Part shown: piece after piece, positions 63,179-64,000 of the stretch
Layout: the number at the start of each line of letters is the position of its first letter
Numbering within the stretch: the stretch's first letter is position 1
NCBI GenBank assembly: GCA_964386575.1
Contig: CAYLSA010000002.1
Coordinates: forward strand, 22,209-86,208
Length of the DNA stretch: 64,000 nt
Source of the DNA: an uncultured Oscillospiraceae bacterium
Lineage (GTDB): Bacteria > Bacillota > Clostridia > Oscillospirales > Oscillospiraceae
Reading direction: 5' to 3'
Made by a program: the position numbers and the translations under genes
Notes under the pieces: generated by a model
What the model was told of the DNA's origin: nothing
Database searches by the model: none
Seen by the model: the letters and a program-made list of their open reading frames with translations, nothing else

Positions 63179-64000
63179 ATGAAGAAACTCGTGTCCTTAA
63201 TCCTCGCGCTTGCCATGCTCTTTGTTCTGATGACTGGCTGCGGAAGTCAGACGGAGCAAGAACCTGCCTCTGTGGAGGCCGAACCCACGGTGGAAGAAGT
63301 CGTGGAGGAAGCGACCAAAGCTCCGGCCGAAGAGGGGACGTCGGATGAAACATTGGTCGTCTGCCTGTCCGAAGAGCCGTCGCAGCTTATCAAAACGATC
63401 GCTGAGATCGGCAATTCCGGCCTGTATGTCAGCAGTGCCATGGTAGATTCCCTGCTCTGGTACGACAGCGAAAAGGGTATTCAGCCGAACATTATCACAG
63501 AATGGGAATGGCTTGATAATCTGCATCTTCAGGTCAAGCTCCGCGAGGATGTTACGGCGCATGACGGCACACCTCTCACGGCGAACGACCTTTACTATAC
63601 CTGCAAGATCGCGGTTGAGTCCGGCATTACGGATACCAATATGCTTGATCTCAACGAATGCTCGGTCGTGGACGAACACACCGCTATCATTGGCTTGAAC
63701 CAGCCCTATGCCACGTTCGTTGATAAGCTGTGCAACGACGGCTTCCTCACGCCGGTCAGCGAAAGCGCTGTGGAAAGCGCAGGTGGCCTGGAAGCGGCAG
63801 TGCGCGCGCCGAAGATTTTCACCGGCCCGTATATCTTTGACGAATGGGTCGAGGGCCAGTATATCCGCCTTGTTCGAAACGATAACTACTGGAACAGCGA
63901 TCGCTGCGGCTATTATAAGTATATTGAGTATACCTTCGTTCCCGATGCGGCCACCCGCGCGATGGCCCTGCAGAGCGGCGACGTGGACGTGGCGGTCGAT
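63179..64000 (+). CDS. family-5 ABC substrate-binding lipoprotein, 5' part (runs off window)
   Basis: My own translation from ATG 63179, since this ORF has no stop in the window and is absent from the track: MKKLVSLILALAMLFVLMTGCGSQTEQ... followed by SBP_bac_5-like blocks (VKLREDVTAHDGTPLTANDLYYT; GPYIFDEWVEGQYIRLVRNDNYW). Confidence 0.75.
   Translation, partial: MKKLVSLILALAMLFVLMTGCGSQTEQEPASVEAEPTVEEVVEEATKAPAEEGTSDETLVVCLSEEPSQLIKTIAEIGNSGLYVSSAMVDSLLWYDSEKGIQPNIITEWEWLDNLHLQVKLREDVTAHDGTPLTANDLYYTCKIAVESGITDTNMLDLNECSVVDEHTAIIGLNQPYATFVDKLCNDGFLTPVSESAVESAGGLEAAVRAPKIFTGPYIFDEWVEGQYIRLVRNDNYWNSDRCGYYKYIEYTFVPDAATRAMALQSGDVDVAVD

Overview
High-GC chromosomal window that looks like a Gram-positive anaerobe (Clostridia-like). 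That placement is inferred from PyrR attenuation, a PrsA-type lipoprotein, SLH domains, a Cthe_2159-family protein and AbfD. About 55 genes are called. Most of the long ORFs antisense to them are GC-driven shadow ORFs.

Housekeeping and metabolic genes: pyrR with the 5' end of a nucleobase permease, mutY, a stand-alone abfD, an SNF-family transporter, trkA and trkH, a divergent glyA, tRNA-Pro(UGG), an archaeal-type proS, an ACT-hom-lysC operon, htrA, an SDR and an aldose epimerase.

Accessory content:
- Three paralogous large secreted proteins (9489-11534, 12499-15138, 40537-42768). Each is monocistronic with a near-consensus promoter and a terminator.
- A Cthe_2159-family lipoprotein (26569-28407).
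- Two peptide-type (Opp/Dpp-like) ABC transporter loci.
- A TetR-controlled ABC-2 exporter cluster.

Things I would look at again:
1. A truncated pseudokinase fused through one TM helix to two cysteine-less C-type-lectin-like repeats (49766-52189).
2. A compositionally distinct LysR / TRASH mini-protein / AprA-like flavoprotein / ferredoxin / peptide-ABC locus (55791 to window end).
3. A structured intergenic element present in two inverted copies (25269-25376 and 28441-28566), plus a hairpin-repeat tract after tRNA-Pro that shows compensatory base changes.
4. Short protein modules shared among the secreted proteins.

I saw no CRISPR array, transposase, integrase, or recognisable defence or toxin-antitoxin genes. 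All functional calls come from motif recognition by eye, not database searches.
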